Assembly: GCA_021414225.1 (NCBI GenBank)
Contig: JAIOOX010000002.1
Coordinates: 25,113-89,112, forward strand
Direction of reading: 5' to 3'
Length of the DNA: 64,000 bases
DNA from: Candidatus Vogelbacteria bacterium
Lineage (GTDB): Bacteria > Patescibacteriota > Minisyncoccia > Phycocordibacterales > XYD1-FULL-46-19
How positions within the stretch are numbered: the stretch's first letter is position 1; every line of letters starts with the position of its first letter. A program made the position numbers and the translations under genes. Below are positions 37,818 to 46,714 of this stretch, one piece after another. Under the pieces are notes generated by a model that saw only the letters and a program-made list of their open reading frames with translations, made no database searches and had not been told where the DNA came from.

Positions 37818-39026
37818 TTATTTTTTATTTGACCGTCTTAGGAAAGCGGGGATTGATGACCAGTCGTCATCTTCGCCATTGTCGGCGGTTTCTTCTCTAT
37901 CAACACGGACGGTATCAAAAGCGTTTCGGACTGGGGGTCTTTCTTTGACAACTGGCGGTGGAGGAATAATCTCTTTTTCTTTGGCGGCAGGAGGAGGGGT
38001 GGTGGTTGTTTCTTCTTTAGTTTGATTAAAACCAAAAATACTAGATTCATTTTTCTTACCTCGAGCTATATCGGTTGGAAAACCACAAGCAATAACAGTG
38101 ACTTTAACTTCACCCTTCTTAATTTTATCATCATGAATAGTTCCAAAAATAACTCGAGCATCAGAATCGATAGACTCGGTCACCACCTTAGCGGCTTCTT
38201 GGATTTCGTGCATAGTTAGGTCTGAACCACCAGCAATGGTAAAGAGGACACCGCGGGCACCGTGGATTGATAGATCGAGTAGAGGAGAGTTAATGGCGGC
38301 TTTAGAAGCTTCCACAGCTCTGTTCTCGCCAGAAGCACTACCAATACCCATCAAGGCTGAGCCAGCATTTTGCATAACTGAACGAATATCGGCAAAGTCG
38401 ACGTTGATCAAACCAGGACTAGTAATAGTATTAGAAATACCCTCGACTGCTTGACGAAGAATCTCATCACACATAGCAAAAGCAGACACGGCGGTTGTGT
38501 CTTTGGTGATAATATTCATTAGACGATCATTTGGAATCGCAATAATCGCATCCACTTCTTTTCGTAAATCTTCCATACCGCGATCAGCTAGAGTCATGCG
38601 GTTTTTGCCTTCAAAAAAGAAAGGACGAGTAATTACCGCTACTGTCAGAGCACCTTGATCCTTGGCGACTTTAGCCACTACAGGAGCGGCACCAGTACCA
38701 GTACCACCACCGAGTCCACAAGAAACAAAGACCATATCGGCGCCTTTGATAACATTTTGAATGTCTTCCAAACTTTCTTCAGCTGCCTTGCGTCCAATTT
38801 CTGGATCCATGCCAGTACCTAAACCACGAGTTAGATTTTTACCAATGTGAATTTTTTTAGAAGCGAGAGAGTGGTGAAGATGTTGAGCGTCAGTGTTCAT
38901 GGCAATAAATTCTACGCCACGCACTTTTGACTCAACCATATGATTGACAGCGTTTGTTCCTGATCCACCAACACCAACTACTTTGATGCGAGCAAATGCT
39001 TCTATTTCGGGTTGAATTCTAGCCAT
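37818..39026 (-). CDS. ftsZ: cell division protein FtsZ
   Basis: GGGTGTG tubulin signature, NVDFAD, C-terminal IPAFLRR. Confidence 0.98.
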   Translation of the reverse strand: MARIQPEIEAFARIKVVGVGGSGTNAVNHMVESKVRGVEFIAMNTDAQHLHHSLASKKIHIGKNLTRGLGTGMDPEIGRKAAEESLEDIQNVIKGADMVFVSCGLGGGTGTGAAPVVAKVAKDQGALTVAVITRPFFFEGKNRMTLADRGMEDLRKEVDAIIAIPNDRLMNIITKDTTAVSAFAMCDEILRQAVEGISNTITSPGLINVDFADIRSVMQNAGSALMGIGSASGENRAVEASKAAINSPLLDLSIHGARGVLFTIAGGSDLTMHEIQEAAKVVTESIDSDARVIFGTIHDDKIKKGEVKVTVIACGFPTDIARGKKNESSIFGFNQTKEETTTTPPPAAKEKEIIPPPPVVKERPPVRNAFDTVRVDREETADNGEDDDWSSIPAFLRRSNKK

Positions 39027-39104
39027 AAAGATATATAGGGACGCTTTAAATAATGATGCGTCTATGTTAACAGACTGGAGGAAATATGCAACGGGCCTAA
39101 ATGG

Positions 39105-40271
39105 CTAAGGAAGAAGCTCTTTTAGCCATTTTATGAAGCTAGACTTGGTGTTTTTGAACATTCGTCGGCCGATAGATTCTTCAGCTTCGGCATCAGAGCC
39201 AAACAGACATAAGCCATAAGCGACTGACCAAGCAGAGTCTTTTATTTGATTGTGGGAGCTACCTAAAATAGCCGATTGAGAGGTCTTGGCTGGTAATTTA
39301 AAGTAAGACTTAGCCATATCTTCAATATTACTAATACCACTACCGCCACCTGTGATGACAATTCCTGCTGGTAGTAATCCGTTACGGCCTATTTTTTTAA
39401 GATGGTTTTCGACGAACTCAAAAATATCAGATAAACGAGCATCAATAATCTGATCTAGTTTTTTGCGAGATGAAGCTGGTTCTGATTCGCCACGTTTGAT
39501 TCTCTCGGCATCTTCCAGGGGGATTTGAAAACCTAAAGCAATGTCGTTGGTAATATCTGTTGAACCTAGTGGAAAAACTTGGAGGGAAATAGGAATACCT
39601 TCTTCAAAAACAACAGTGCTGGTGGTTTGAGAGCCGATATTGGCTAAGACACAGCCGGCGGCTTTTTGGATTTTGGTTAAAGTGGAAAAACTAGCGGCTA
39701 GGGGAGCCGCGACAATATCGTCGACCCGCACACCGGTGGCTTCGACGGCACCAATAAGGTCTTTTAAATGTTGAGTACCACAGACTACAAACAAGGTCCT
39801 TGTTTCGAGTTTAGCTCCTTTCATCCCGTCTGGTCGGCCAAGGATTTTTTTGTTATCTAACTTAAAAGCTAGTGGTATACGGTGGAGGATTGATTTGTTG
39901 TTGATGTCGGTCGCCAGGCTTTGTTCACTGGAATCCAAAACTCGATTAATATCTAAATCACCGATTTCAGCATCAGCGCGGGAGACAATCACACTACCGT
40001 CGGCCACTTTGGATTCAAGGCTCACACCACCAACGGCCAGGAGGACACTTTTGATTTTAACACCAGCTAGGCGCTCGGCCTCGTTTAGAGTTTCTTTGAT
40101 ACTGTTAACAGCTTCGTCAACTTGAATGATATAGCCCCGCCTGAGACCACGAGAAGATTTTCTGACTAATGCTAAAACCTCCGGGACATTACTGCCTGGT
40201 TTGTATTCGCATACGACGACGCGAATTGATGATGTTCCGATGTCCAGTCCGGTTGCGATTATTCGTGCCAT
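39105..40271 (-). CDS. ftsA: cell division protein FtsA
   Basis: GLDIGTSSI, GIVITGGG, C-terminal amphipathic helix; upstream of ftsZ. Confidence 0.95.
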   Translation of the reverse strand: MARIIATGLDIGTSSIRVVVCEYKPGSNVPEVLALVRKSSRGLRRGYIIQVDEAVNSIKETLNEAERLAGVKIKSVLLAVGGVSLESKVADGSVIVSRADAEIGDLDINRVLDSSEQSLATDINNKSILHRIPLAFKLDNKKILGRPDGMKGAKLETRTLFVVCGTQHLKDLIGAVEATGVRVDDIVAAPLAASFSTLTKIQKAAGCVLANIGSQTTSTVVFEEGIPISLQVFPLGSTDITNDIALGFQIPLEDAERIKRGESEPASSRKKLDQIIDARLSDIFEFVENHLKKIGRNGLLPAGIVITGGGSGISNIEDMAKSYFKLPAKTSQSAILGSSHNQIKDSAWSVAYGLCLFGSDAEAEESIGRRMFKNTKSSFIKWLKELLP

Positions 40272-40641
40272 CTAAAAAAGCTTTAGTTAACTTACGTTCT
40301 TCACGTTCCATTGTACTACCATGGTCGAGTCCTTTCAAATGAAGGACGCCGTGGATAAACAAAAAACCGAGATGATAAGTGAAAGTGCTATCAAATTTTT
40401 GGCACTCTGATTTTACTTTTGCTAAATCAATAATTAGTTCTCCAGATTTTTTGTCATAAGGAAAAGATAAAACATTGGTTGGTTTATCTTTACCGCGGTA
40501 AGTATTGTTCAGACGACGAGAACGACGGTGACCAACAAAAACTAAACTGAGATCGTAGGATTTACCCAGTACTTTGTCGGCAATAGCCAATAAAGGCAGT
40601 CCCGGGAGGGACTGCCTTGTTTTGTTACTTACGGACAGCAT
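40189..40641 (-). CDS. ybeY: rRNA maturation endoribonuclease YbeY
   Basis: LNNTYRGKDKPTNVLSF, HGVLHLKGLDH. Confidence 0.92.
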   Translation of the reverse strand: MLSVSNKTRQSLPGLPLLAIADKVLGKSYDLSLVFVGHRRSRRLNNTYRGKDKPTNVLSFPYDKKSGELIIDLAKVKSECQKFDSTFTYHLGFLFIHGVLHLKGLDHGSTMEREERKLTKAFLDGTNNRNRTGHRNIINSRRRMRIQTRQ

Positions 40642-40879
40642 CTTTTCTACCTTCCCGTTCTTTAATTTTGCCTAGCTTTTTAAGACGGTCGATATTGGTT
40701 CGCTTCTCAATTCTCTTAAGAGCCTCTTTTTTCTTTTTGAAATCAGATAATTGGCGAGCACTGTAGCGTAATTTACGCACTAGTCGGACAGTGCCTAAGC
40801 CTTGAACCTTTTTGGTAAAACGGCGCAAGACACTAGCGTTGGATTCAGTTGTGGCTTTGGTTACTTCAGCAGAAATCAT
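40625..40879 (-). CDS. rpsU: 30S ribosomal protein bS21-like
   Basis: 84 aa, very basic, ESNASVLRRFTKKVQGLG pattern. Confidence 0.6.
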   Translation of the reverse strand: MISAEVTKATTESNASVLRRFTKKVQGLGTVRLVRKLRYSARQLSDFKKKKEALKRIEKRTNIDRLKKLGKIKEREGRKDAVRK

Positions 40880-40900
40880 AATGGGTTGTAGTGTAACATC

Positions 40901-42250
40901 TTATTTAATTTTCTTCAAGTATTCAGCCAGTTTAGGTAGAGGAACTGTGTCTTGTGAGCGAGTCTCCATATTCCGGACAATAACAGTGTTGTCGATGGCT
41001 TCTCGTTGACCAAGAATGATCGTATAAGGCACACCTAGTCGCTCAGCGATACCAAGTTGAGAGCCTAGTGAGTCTTTAGACATCGAGTGAGAAACTGGGA
41101 TTTTGGCTTTTCGTAAGATTTCGGTTACCTCGAAGCTTTTTAGTTTGGCGTCGAATGATAGCTGAATAAAAAAGACTTTAGGCGGTTTAACAATTCGCGG
41201 GGTCAACTTGGCGTATTGAGGGAGACGAACGATGCGATCGATACCAATAGCTGAACCAACCGCTGGGATATCTTTTTTGCCAGATAAAATTTTGGCCAAG
41301 TAGTCATAGCGACCACCACCACCTAGAGCGAGGGCTTTGGTTGGTTCAGTGTCCTCTTCGGTTGGTACTTCGGTAGTGAAAACTTCGAAAACAGTGCGAG
41401 AATAATAATCTAGTCCACGTACTAGTGAGCTATCGATCTCGTAAGTAATTCCCATTTGATCAAGATACTCCAATACTTCTTTAAAGTGGGTTTTACAGTC
41501 ACTACACAAGAAGCTGATTGATTCTGGGGCGGCGGCTTTGATCGGTTCACATTTTGGATTTTTACAATCAAGTAAACGGAGAGGGTTATCTTTTAGACGT
41601 TCTCGACAATCAACACAGATGTCCTTGATGTGTTTTTTGTAGTAGTTTACTAATTCCCGGCGGTAAGAGTTGCGACATTCGTTGTCTCCGATGCTGTTGA
41701 TTTTGACACCTAAGTCTTTTACGCCCGCTTCATCGAGGATTAAAGTGGTGACGCGAATAATGGTAGCGTCAGCAATACTTTTCTTGGTGCCCAAAATTTC
41801 CAAACCAAATTGGCGGAATTCTCGATAGCGACCACGTTGAGGATTTTCGTGGCGGAAATATTGGCCGTGATAGTAAAGCATGATTGGCTGTGATTCTGAC
41901 TGCATGCCGTGTTCGATGTAAGCTCGCATAGCTGGGGCAGTCCCTTCTGGTCGCATAGCCAACTTATCGCCACCTTTGGTTTTGAGGGTGTACATTTCTT
42001 TGTCGACAATATCAGTGCCAGCACCGACACCACGAGCAAATAACTCTTCTTTTTCTAGAATAGGAGTTTCAATTGGTTTGAAGCCGTAGTATAAAGCAAT
42101 CTCAGCCGCTTTTTCGGCAAACCCTTGGTATAGAAAAACGTCATCACCGATCAAGTCGTGCATGCCTTTAGGGGTCTGCAAACTACTTTCAGGGTTGGCA
42201 GCCTTTACTTTCTTGGTAGTATTTTTTTTGTCATTAGTTGGTTGAGTCAT
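40901..42250 (-). CDS. hisS: histidine--tRNA ligase
   Basis: MRPEGTA, FRHENPQRGRYREFRQFG, LVRGLDYY, GGGRYD. Confidence 0.97.
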   Translation of the reverse strand: MTQPTNDKKNTTKKVKAANPESSLQTPKGMHDLIGDDVFLYQGFAEKAAEIALYYGFKPIETPILEKEELFARGVGAGTDIVDKEMYTLKTKGGDKLAMRPEGTAPAMRAYIEHGMQSESQPIMLYYHGQYFRHENPQRGRYREFRQFGLEILGTKKSIADATIIRVTTLILDEAGVKDLGVKINSIGDNECRNSYRRELVNYYKKHIKDICVDCRERLKDNPLRLLDCKNPKCEPIKAAAPESISFLCSDCKTHFKEVLEYLDQMGITYEIDSSLVRGLDYYSRTVFEVFTTEVPTEEDTEPTKALALGGGGRYDYLAKILSGKKDIPAVGSAIGIDRIVRLPQYAKLTPRIVKPPKVFFIQLSFDAKLKSFEVTEILRKAKIPVSHSMSKDSLGSQLGIAERLGVPYTIILGQREAIDNTVIVRNMETRSQDTVPLPKLAEYLKKIK

Positions 42251-42260
42251 AAATATTTAT

Positions 42261-42812
42261 TTAGTTAATACTACCTGGTAAAAAATCGATCATATTGAAA
42301 GGGAACAGTCGAATTAAAGCTCGGCCCCGGAATAATTCTTCTGGGACTGGTCCCCAGGCGCGTGAGTCTAGGCTCCAGTCACGATTGTCACCCATGACAA
42401 AATATTCTCCAGCTTCTAGTTTGCGATTTAAATTAACAGCCCCTAAACCATTAGTGTAGTTGGCTTGAGACTCGTCTAGTTTAACTGCCTCGCCAGTACT
42501 AGAGGTGACCGAAACTTGTTTACCTCTGATGGTGACTGTCTCACCAGGTAGGCCAATTACTCGTTTGATAAAATATTTGGATGGATCTTTCGGGTAATGG
42601 AAGACAGCTACTTCGCCGCGGATAGGAGAACGAAATTGATAGGATAGTTGATCTATTATTAAGTACTCGCGGTTTTTAAAAGTGGGAAACATGGAGTCGC
42701 CACTAACGATAAAAGGTTGAGCGACGAAAGTACGGATCGGGACAACAATGATGAGGATGGTAAGAGCGAAACGAACAGCTTCAATGAGTGATTTTTTTGA
42801 CTCTGGAGTCAT
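42261..42812 (-). CDS. lepB: signal peptidase I
   Basis: SGDSMFPT, FIKRVIGLPGE, YFVMGDNR..SLDSR.WG; start placed at ATG 42812. Confidence 0.95.
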   Translation of the reverse strand: MTPESKKSLIEAVRFALTILIIVVPIRTFVAQPFIVSGDSMFPTFKNREYLIIDQLSYQFRSPIRGEVAVFHYPKDPSKYFIKRVIGLPGETVTIRGKQVSVTSSTGEAVKLDESQANYTNGLGAVNLNRKLEAGEYFVMGDNRDWSLDSRAWGPVPEELFRGRALIRLFPFNMIDFLPGSIN

Positions 42813-43000
42813 GAGATATTTTTTAGTAATAAAGATGCGGTAGATTGTACTGGAAAAAAGGCTTTGACGCAAGGGACTATTCCATTGTATAATTCGTTCG
42901 CCATGATCTGTTCGAAAAAATGCGCATAAATTTCTGGTGAAATTTTGCTATACTCGGCCCAGTCGGCCAGCGAAATATTTTTCTCACAGACATAGCTCAT
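42809..43000 (-). CDS. possible hypothetical protein
   Basis: 63-aa ORF whose stop overlaps the lepB start (ATGA); may simply be promoter DNA. Confidence 0.3.
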   Translation of the reverse strand: MSYVCEKNISLADWAEYSKISPEIYAHFFEQIMANELYNGIVPCVKAFFPVQSTASLLLKNIS

Positions 43001-43027
43001 TCAACCCGTTTTAAATTCTTAATTTTC

Positions 43028-43627
43028 ATGTACATCATTGCTGGTTTAGGTAATCCCGGAGAAGAATACGATAACACTCGTCATAATATTGGCCGCGAGG
43101 TGGTGACTTTGTTGGCTAATAAAAAAGTAAAAGATTTGGAGGTGGGTGAGTGGAAGACTGATAAAAAAATACAAGCCGAAGTGGCGACTTTTGAATACGG
43201 TCAGCAAAAAGGGAAATTGGTTTTACCAAATACTTTTATGAATTTGTCGGGAAAGACAATTGGTCCACTAATTACTAGTGTTAAAAAAGCCGAGAGTTTG
43301 GTGGTGATTCACGACGATTTAGATTTACCGTTGGGGAGATTTAAAATTGGTTTTGATCGAGGGTCAGGTGGTCATAAAGGAGTGGAATCAATCATTAAAA
43401 ATATCAAGACTCGGGCTTTTGTGCGGGTGCGAGTGGGCATCTCTGGTAGTACCCCAACTGGTAAAATAAAAAAACCTCAAGGTGATGAGGCGGTTCAAGA
43501 TTTTGTGTTGGGTCAATGGAAACCAAGAGAAGAGGAAATATTAAAAAATATGAAGAAAGAAATTGTAGATAGCTTGTTGGTGTTAATGGAATCTGGCCGA
43601 GTAGTAGCGATGAATCAGTTTAATTAG
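43028..43627 (+). CDS. pth: peptidyl-tRNA hydrolase
   Basis: GLGNPGEEYDNTRHNIG, TFMNLSG, HDDLDL, GGHKG. Confidence 0.96.
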   Translation: MYIIAGLGNPGEEYDNTRHNIGREVVTLLANKKVKDLEVGEWKTDKKIQAEVATFEYGQQKGKLVLPNTFMNLSGKTIGPLITSVKKAESLVVIHDDLDLPLGRFKIGFDRGSGGHKGVESIIKNIKTRAFVRVRVGISGSTPTGKIKKPQGDEAVQDFVLGQWKPREEEILKNMKKEIVDSLLVLMESGRVVAMNQFN

Positions 43628-43660
43628 GTAAATATTTTTTTTGAGTAGTGGTATTAAAAT

Positions 43661-43795
43661 AAAAAAGGAAGCCCCTAGATCCCGATTCAGGTAGATCTAA
43701 GGGGCTTTGGCAGGGAGAAGGATTCCACAACAATGAAGATGTGTGGGTCTTCCCCTTCGCAAAAAGAAACCGGTCGGCAAAATGGCCAACGGCTC
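43661..43795 (-). ncRNA. candidate ~130-nt small RNA
   Basis: TTGACA-16-TACTAT promoter (43828-43801), three hairpins, terminal GC stem plus T-run. Confidence 0.45.
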
Positions 43796-43800
43796 ACTTA

Positions 43801-43828
43801 ATAGTAGCATCTTTTCGATTTATGTCAA
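43801..43828 (-). promoter_or_regulatory. sigma70 promoter
   Basis: TTGACA, 16-nt spacer, TGcTACTAT extended -10. Confidence 0.7.
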
Positions 43829-43851
43829 GTATTTTAGGGATAAAGAAAAAG

Positions 43852-43884
43852 CCGGGCCCTGGTACGTGTGTACCTGGGTCCCGG
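43852..43884 (-). terminator. terminator of the 43910-44083 ORF
   Basis: ccgggccc..ggtac-gtgt-gtacc..gggtcccgg, T-run on the minus strand. Confidence 0.6.
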
Positions 43885-43909
43885 TGATACATGGAGTGGG
43901 ATGATTGGC

Positions 43910-44083
43910 TTAGTTTCGTTCTTGGCGCCGCTTGTCATCCGGCGTCTCAAAAGGAGCCAGTCGAATACGGCGTCCCGGCGGCTTATTCCAGACCCCGTCT
44001 GGGCACGTTGGTCGGGTGAAAAAACGCCCCTCTTCCACTACTGTGATTTCTTGGCTCCGCGGGGGAGCGACTGCGGTGTTCAT
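43910..44083 (-). CDS. small orphan protein
   Basis: 57 aa MNTAVAPPRS...; AGGAGG upstream, TGtTACAAT at 44127-44119, own terminator. Confidence 0.55.
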   Translation of the reverse strand: MNTAVAPPRSQEITVVEEGRFFTRPTCPDGVWNKPPGRRIRLAPFETPDDKRRQERN

Positions 44084-44149
44084 TACCAATAATTCCTCCT
44101 GGTTGTGGTCCGGGGAAAATTGTAACACGCCTTGGTTTGGGTGTACAGA

Positions 44150-44184
44150 AAGACCCCGCCGGACTGAAGGTCCGGCGGGGTCTT
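44150..44184 (-). terminator. terminator of rpsA
   Basis: aagaccccgccggac-tgaag-gtccggcggggtctt. Confidence 0.8.
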
Positions 44185-44199
44185 ATCTTGCCTAAAAAT

Positions 44200-45357
44200 T
44201 TATTTCACTTCTTTGATTTCTTCCAATTTTTTCTCACCAAATGACAAAGTCATTCTTTGTTCTTTTGGTTCAAACAAGTTGATCGTAAACTTGTAAGTCT
44301 TACCTAATTCTAGTTTGTTTTTCAGATCTTCATCGTTGCCGAATTCGGAAATGTGAACCAAGCCAGCCACACCTTCTTCGATGGAAACTAGAGCGCCGTG
44401 TTTGTTGTATTTGATTACAACACCAGACACAAAGTCACCTTTTTTGTATTTTTTGTCAGCTTCCATCCAAGGGTTGGTTTTAAGAGCTTTGATTGACAAA
44501 GAGATTTTATCTTCTTTGACTTCAATGATTTTTGCTTTTACTTTATCTCCCACTTTGAAACTCTCGCGAGGGTTTTCCACTAAAGCCCAGTCAATTTCTG
44601 AGATGTGGACCAAGCCTTCTAGACCCTCTTCAATTTTTAAGAAGACACCGAAATCAACTGCTCCAGTGACTTCACCTTCTACGACATCACCGAGGTTGTA
44701 ACGAGACACGATTTCTCGACGAGATTTGTTGTCAGTATTTTTCTCAGAGAAGATTAACTTGGCTTCACGAGGGTCGGCGCCAATGATTGTGACTTCAATT
44801 GGCTTACCAACAAATTTCTGTAACTCTTCCATGATTTTATCCTTGTCACCATCTTGAACTCGAGGATAATTTTCCGCTTTCAGTTGAGAGGCTGGTAAGA
44901 AGCCATCAATTCCTTGCCATTCGATAATCAAACCACCCTTATTAGCATCCTTAACAGGTAATTCGATTACAGTTTTGTGTTTGATCATCTTCTCGGCCTC
45001 GTTCCAGATCAGAGCCTGCTTGGCTTCTTTAAGAGATAACTCAATGTAACCATCTTCACCTTCGGTTTCTACTACTTTAGCTGTAACAGAGTCGCCAATG
45101 TTAACTTTTTTGATCACGTCGCGGGCATTTAGATATTCGCGACCAAAAATCAAACCAGTTCCAAATGGAGGAATGTCGATATAAAGAGTCAATTTACCTT
45201 TGGCAATAACGCGACCTTCCACTAAGCTACCTTTTTCTGGTGAACTAGGTGAATTTTTCATCACGTCATCCATTGGGCCTTTAACTATTTTTACTTCAGC
45301 TGATTCTGCAGCTTCGTCAGTTGCTTTAACAACTTTTGGTTTTTTTGTTTCAGACAT
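44200..45357 (-). CDS. rpsA: 30S ribosomal protein S1 (short, about four S1 domains)
   Basis: NKGGLI..GIDGFLPASQL, FGVF..GLEGLVHISE repeats. Confidence 0.93.
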   Translation of the reverse strand: MSETKKPKVVKATDEAAESAEVKIVKGPMDDVMKNSPSSPEKGSLVEGRVIAKGKLTLYIDIPPFGTGLIFGREYLNARDVIKKVNIGDSVTAKVVETEGEDGYIELSLKEAKQALIWNEAEKMIKHKTVIELPVKDANKGGLIIEWQGIDGFLPASQLKAENYPRVQDGDKDKIMEELQKFVGKPIEVTIIGADPREAKLIFSEKNTDNKSRREIVSRYNLGDVVEGEVTGAVDFGVFLKIEEGLEGLVHISEIDWALVENPRESFKVGDKVKAKIIEVKEDKISLSIKALKTNPWMEADKKYKKGDFVSGVVIKYNKHGALVSIEEGVAGLVHISEFGNDEDLKNKLELGKTYKFTINLFEPKEQRMTLSFGEKKLEEIKEVK

Positions 45358-45472
45358 AAAAAAATAACCTTAACTCCTGCTTGCGCGGAGCCCGAGACTC
45401 ACCAGCCATTATGCTGGGCCGTACTCAGATTAATAATAAGCTAAGAATACTAAGAAAAAAGGAAAAAGTAAA

Positions 45473-45510
45473 GGGCTGGAAGGGGGGCCCAAGTGTTCCC
45501 CTTCCAGCCC
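45473..45510 (-). terminator. GC-rich terminator
   Basis: gggctggaagggg ... ccccttccagccc, T-rich tail on the minus strand. Confidence 0.7.
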
Positions 45511-45517
45511 AGGCGCC

Positions 45518-45670
45518 TTAGCGCAAGACAGGTGACTTCGTTCCCAGAGCGATCAGGGAATTAGTTTTCACCTGGCCCCCTTTGCAGGGGCATACGGTCT
45601 TGGTTCTGCCGTGACCGACGGAACCCTTCCCCTTACAACGTTTGCAAGGGGGCGCCTGCTGTCTCCTCAC
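45518..45670 (-). CDS. small protein with a DnaJ-type zinc-finger motif
   Basis: (GTG)MRRQQAPPCKRCKGKGSVGHGRTKTVCPCKGGQVKTNSLIALGTKSPVLR*; alternative GTG at 45694; below ORF-track cutoff. Confidence 0.5.
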   Translation of the reverse strand: MRRQQAPPCKRCKGKGSVGHGRTKTVCPCKGGQVKTNSLIALGTKSPVLR

Positions 45671-45746
45671 GTGGAGCCTATCTGCAGCCCACACGTAGTC
45701 TACATAATTACTTGGAAATGGCCAAGTTTTCTGTTATTATTAGAGG

Positions 45747-46373
45747 ATGGTAATCACATATTATGGTGAAGCTTTTGTGCGGTTGCAATTTGGCGATATG
45801 GTTATTGCCACCAATCCGATTAGTCGTGATTTTGATGCTAAAGCGTCTAAATTTGGGGCTGATATTGCGTTAATTGCCCAAAAACACCCGTCAATGAATG
45901 GCCGCGATAGTGTTTCTTTTGGCACTAAAGAAGCTTTTGTGATTGATTCTCCAGGAGAATATGAGTTGTCGGGGGTGTTTGTTAAAGGCCTGCCGTCAGT
46001 TGGTCCGCACGGACGGATTAATACTATTTATAGTGTGGTTCTTGAAAGTATGAGTGTTGTTCACTTGGGTGGCCTTGCTTTAGACAAATTAACTCCAGAT
46101 GCGCTTGAGGAGATTTCTAGTCCGGATATTTTGATTGTGCCGATTGGTGGGCAAGATTCTCTTGATCCTAAATCGGCAGCTAAATTTGCCACTAGTCTTG
46201 GTCCTAAGATTATTATTCCAGTTTTGTGTGGCGATAAAAAGGATGATTATTTGGCTCTATTTTTAAAAGATATAGGAGCTGATAAAGTCAGTCCCATAGA
46301 CAAACTTTCTTTAAAGAAAAAAGATTTAGAAGGGAAAGAGGGTGAAGTAATAGTCTTGTCGTCGGTTAATTAA
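45747..46373 (+). CDS. MBL-fold metallo-hydrolase-like protein (degenerate metal motif)
   Basis: ITYYGEAFV, PGEYE, HLG, DILIVPIGG, PKIIIPV; HxHxDH replaced by QKHPSM. Confidence 0.8.
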   Translation: MVITYYGEAFVRLQFGDMVIATNPISRDFDAKASKFGADIALIAQKHPSMNGRDSVSFGTKEAFVIDSPGEYELSGVFVKGLPSVGPHGRINTIYSVVLESMSVVHLGGLALDKLTPDALEEISSPDILIVPIGGQDSLDPKSAAKFATSLGPKIIIPVLCGDKKDDYLALFLKDIGADKVSPIDKLSLKKKDLEGKEGEVIVLSSVN

Positions 46374-46381
46374 TCGTTTTT

Positions 46382-46678
46382 ATGTGGCTACTTGGATATC
46401 TAGATAAAGTGCGCCAAAGACCAGAAATAGAGCGACGCCGGTTGTTGGTGGTTTGGACTTCTTTGGGTACTTTATTGATCGTTGGTGGTTGGATCTTTAA
46501 TTTGCTTTTTATTCTACCAACACCTAAAGTGGACCCACAAACAGCTTCTAGTACAGTGAAGGTGATCGAGCCTGAAAAAAGTTTTTTTACCAGAATCACC
46601 GATAATCTAGAGAGAGTAAAGGTCGGTTTTCAGGTGTTGACCGAAATTACGACTAAAAAAGTTGATTCCCTCAAGTAA
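46382..46678 (+). CDS. hypothetical single-TM protein
   Basis: LDKVRQRPEIERRR followed by a TM helix. Confidence 0.65.
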   Translation: MWLLGYLDKVRQRPEIERRRLLVVWTSLGTLLIVGGWIFNLLFILPTPKVDPQTASSTVKVIEPEKSFFTRITDNLERVKVGFQVLTEITTKKVDSLK

Positions 46679-46714
46679 AAACTGGTGATATACTAAAGCG
46701 TCACATCTTAAATT

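Noticed and set aside
45473-45700. tmRNA or SRP RNA identity for the GC-rich structured region
   Set aside because: No tRNA-like ends or Ala-ending tag frame, and no SRP domain IV motif recognised.
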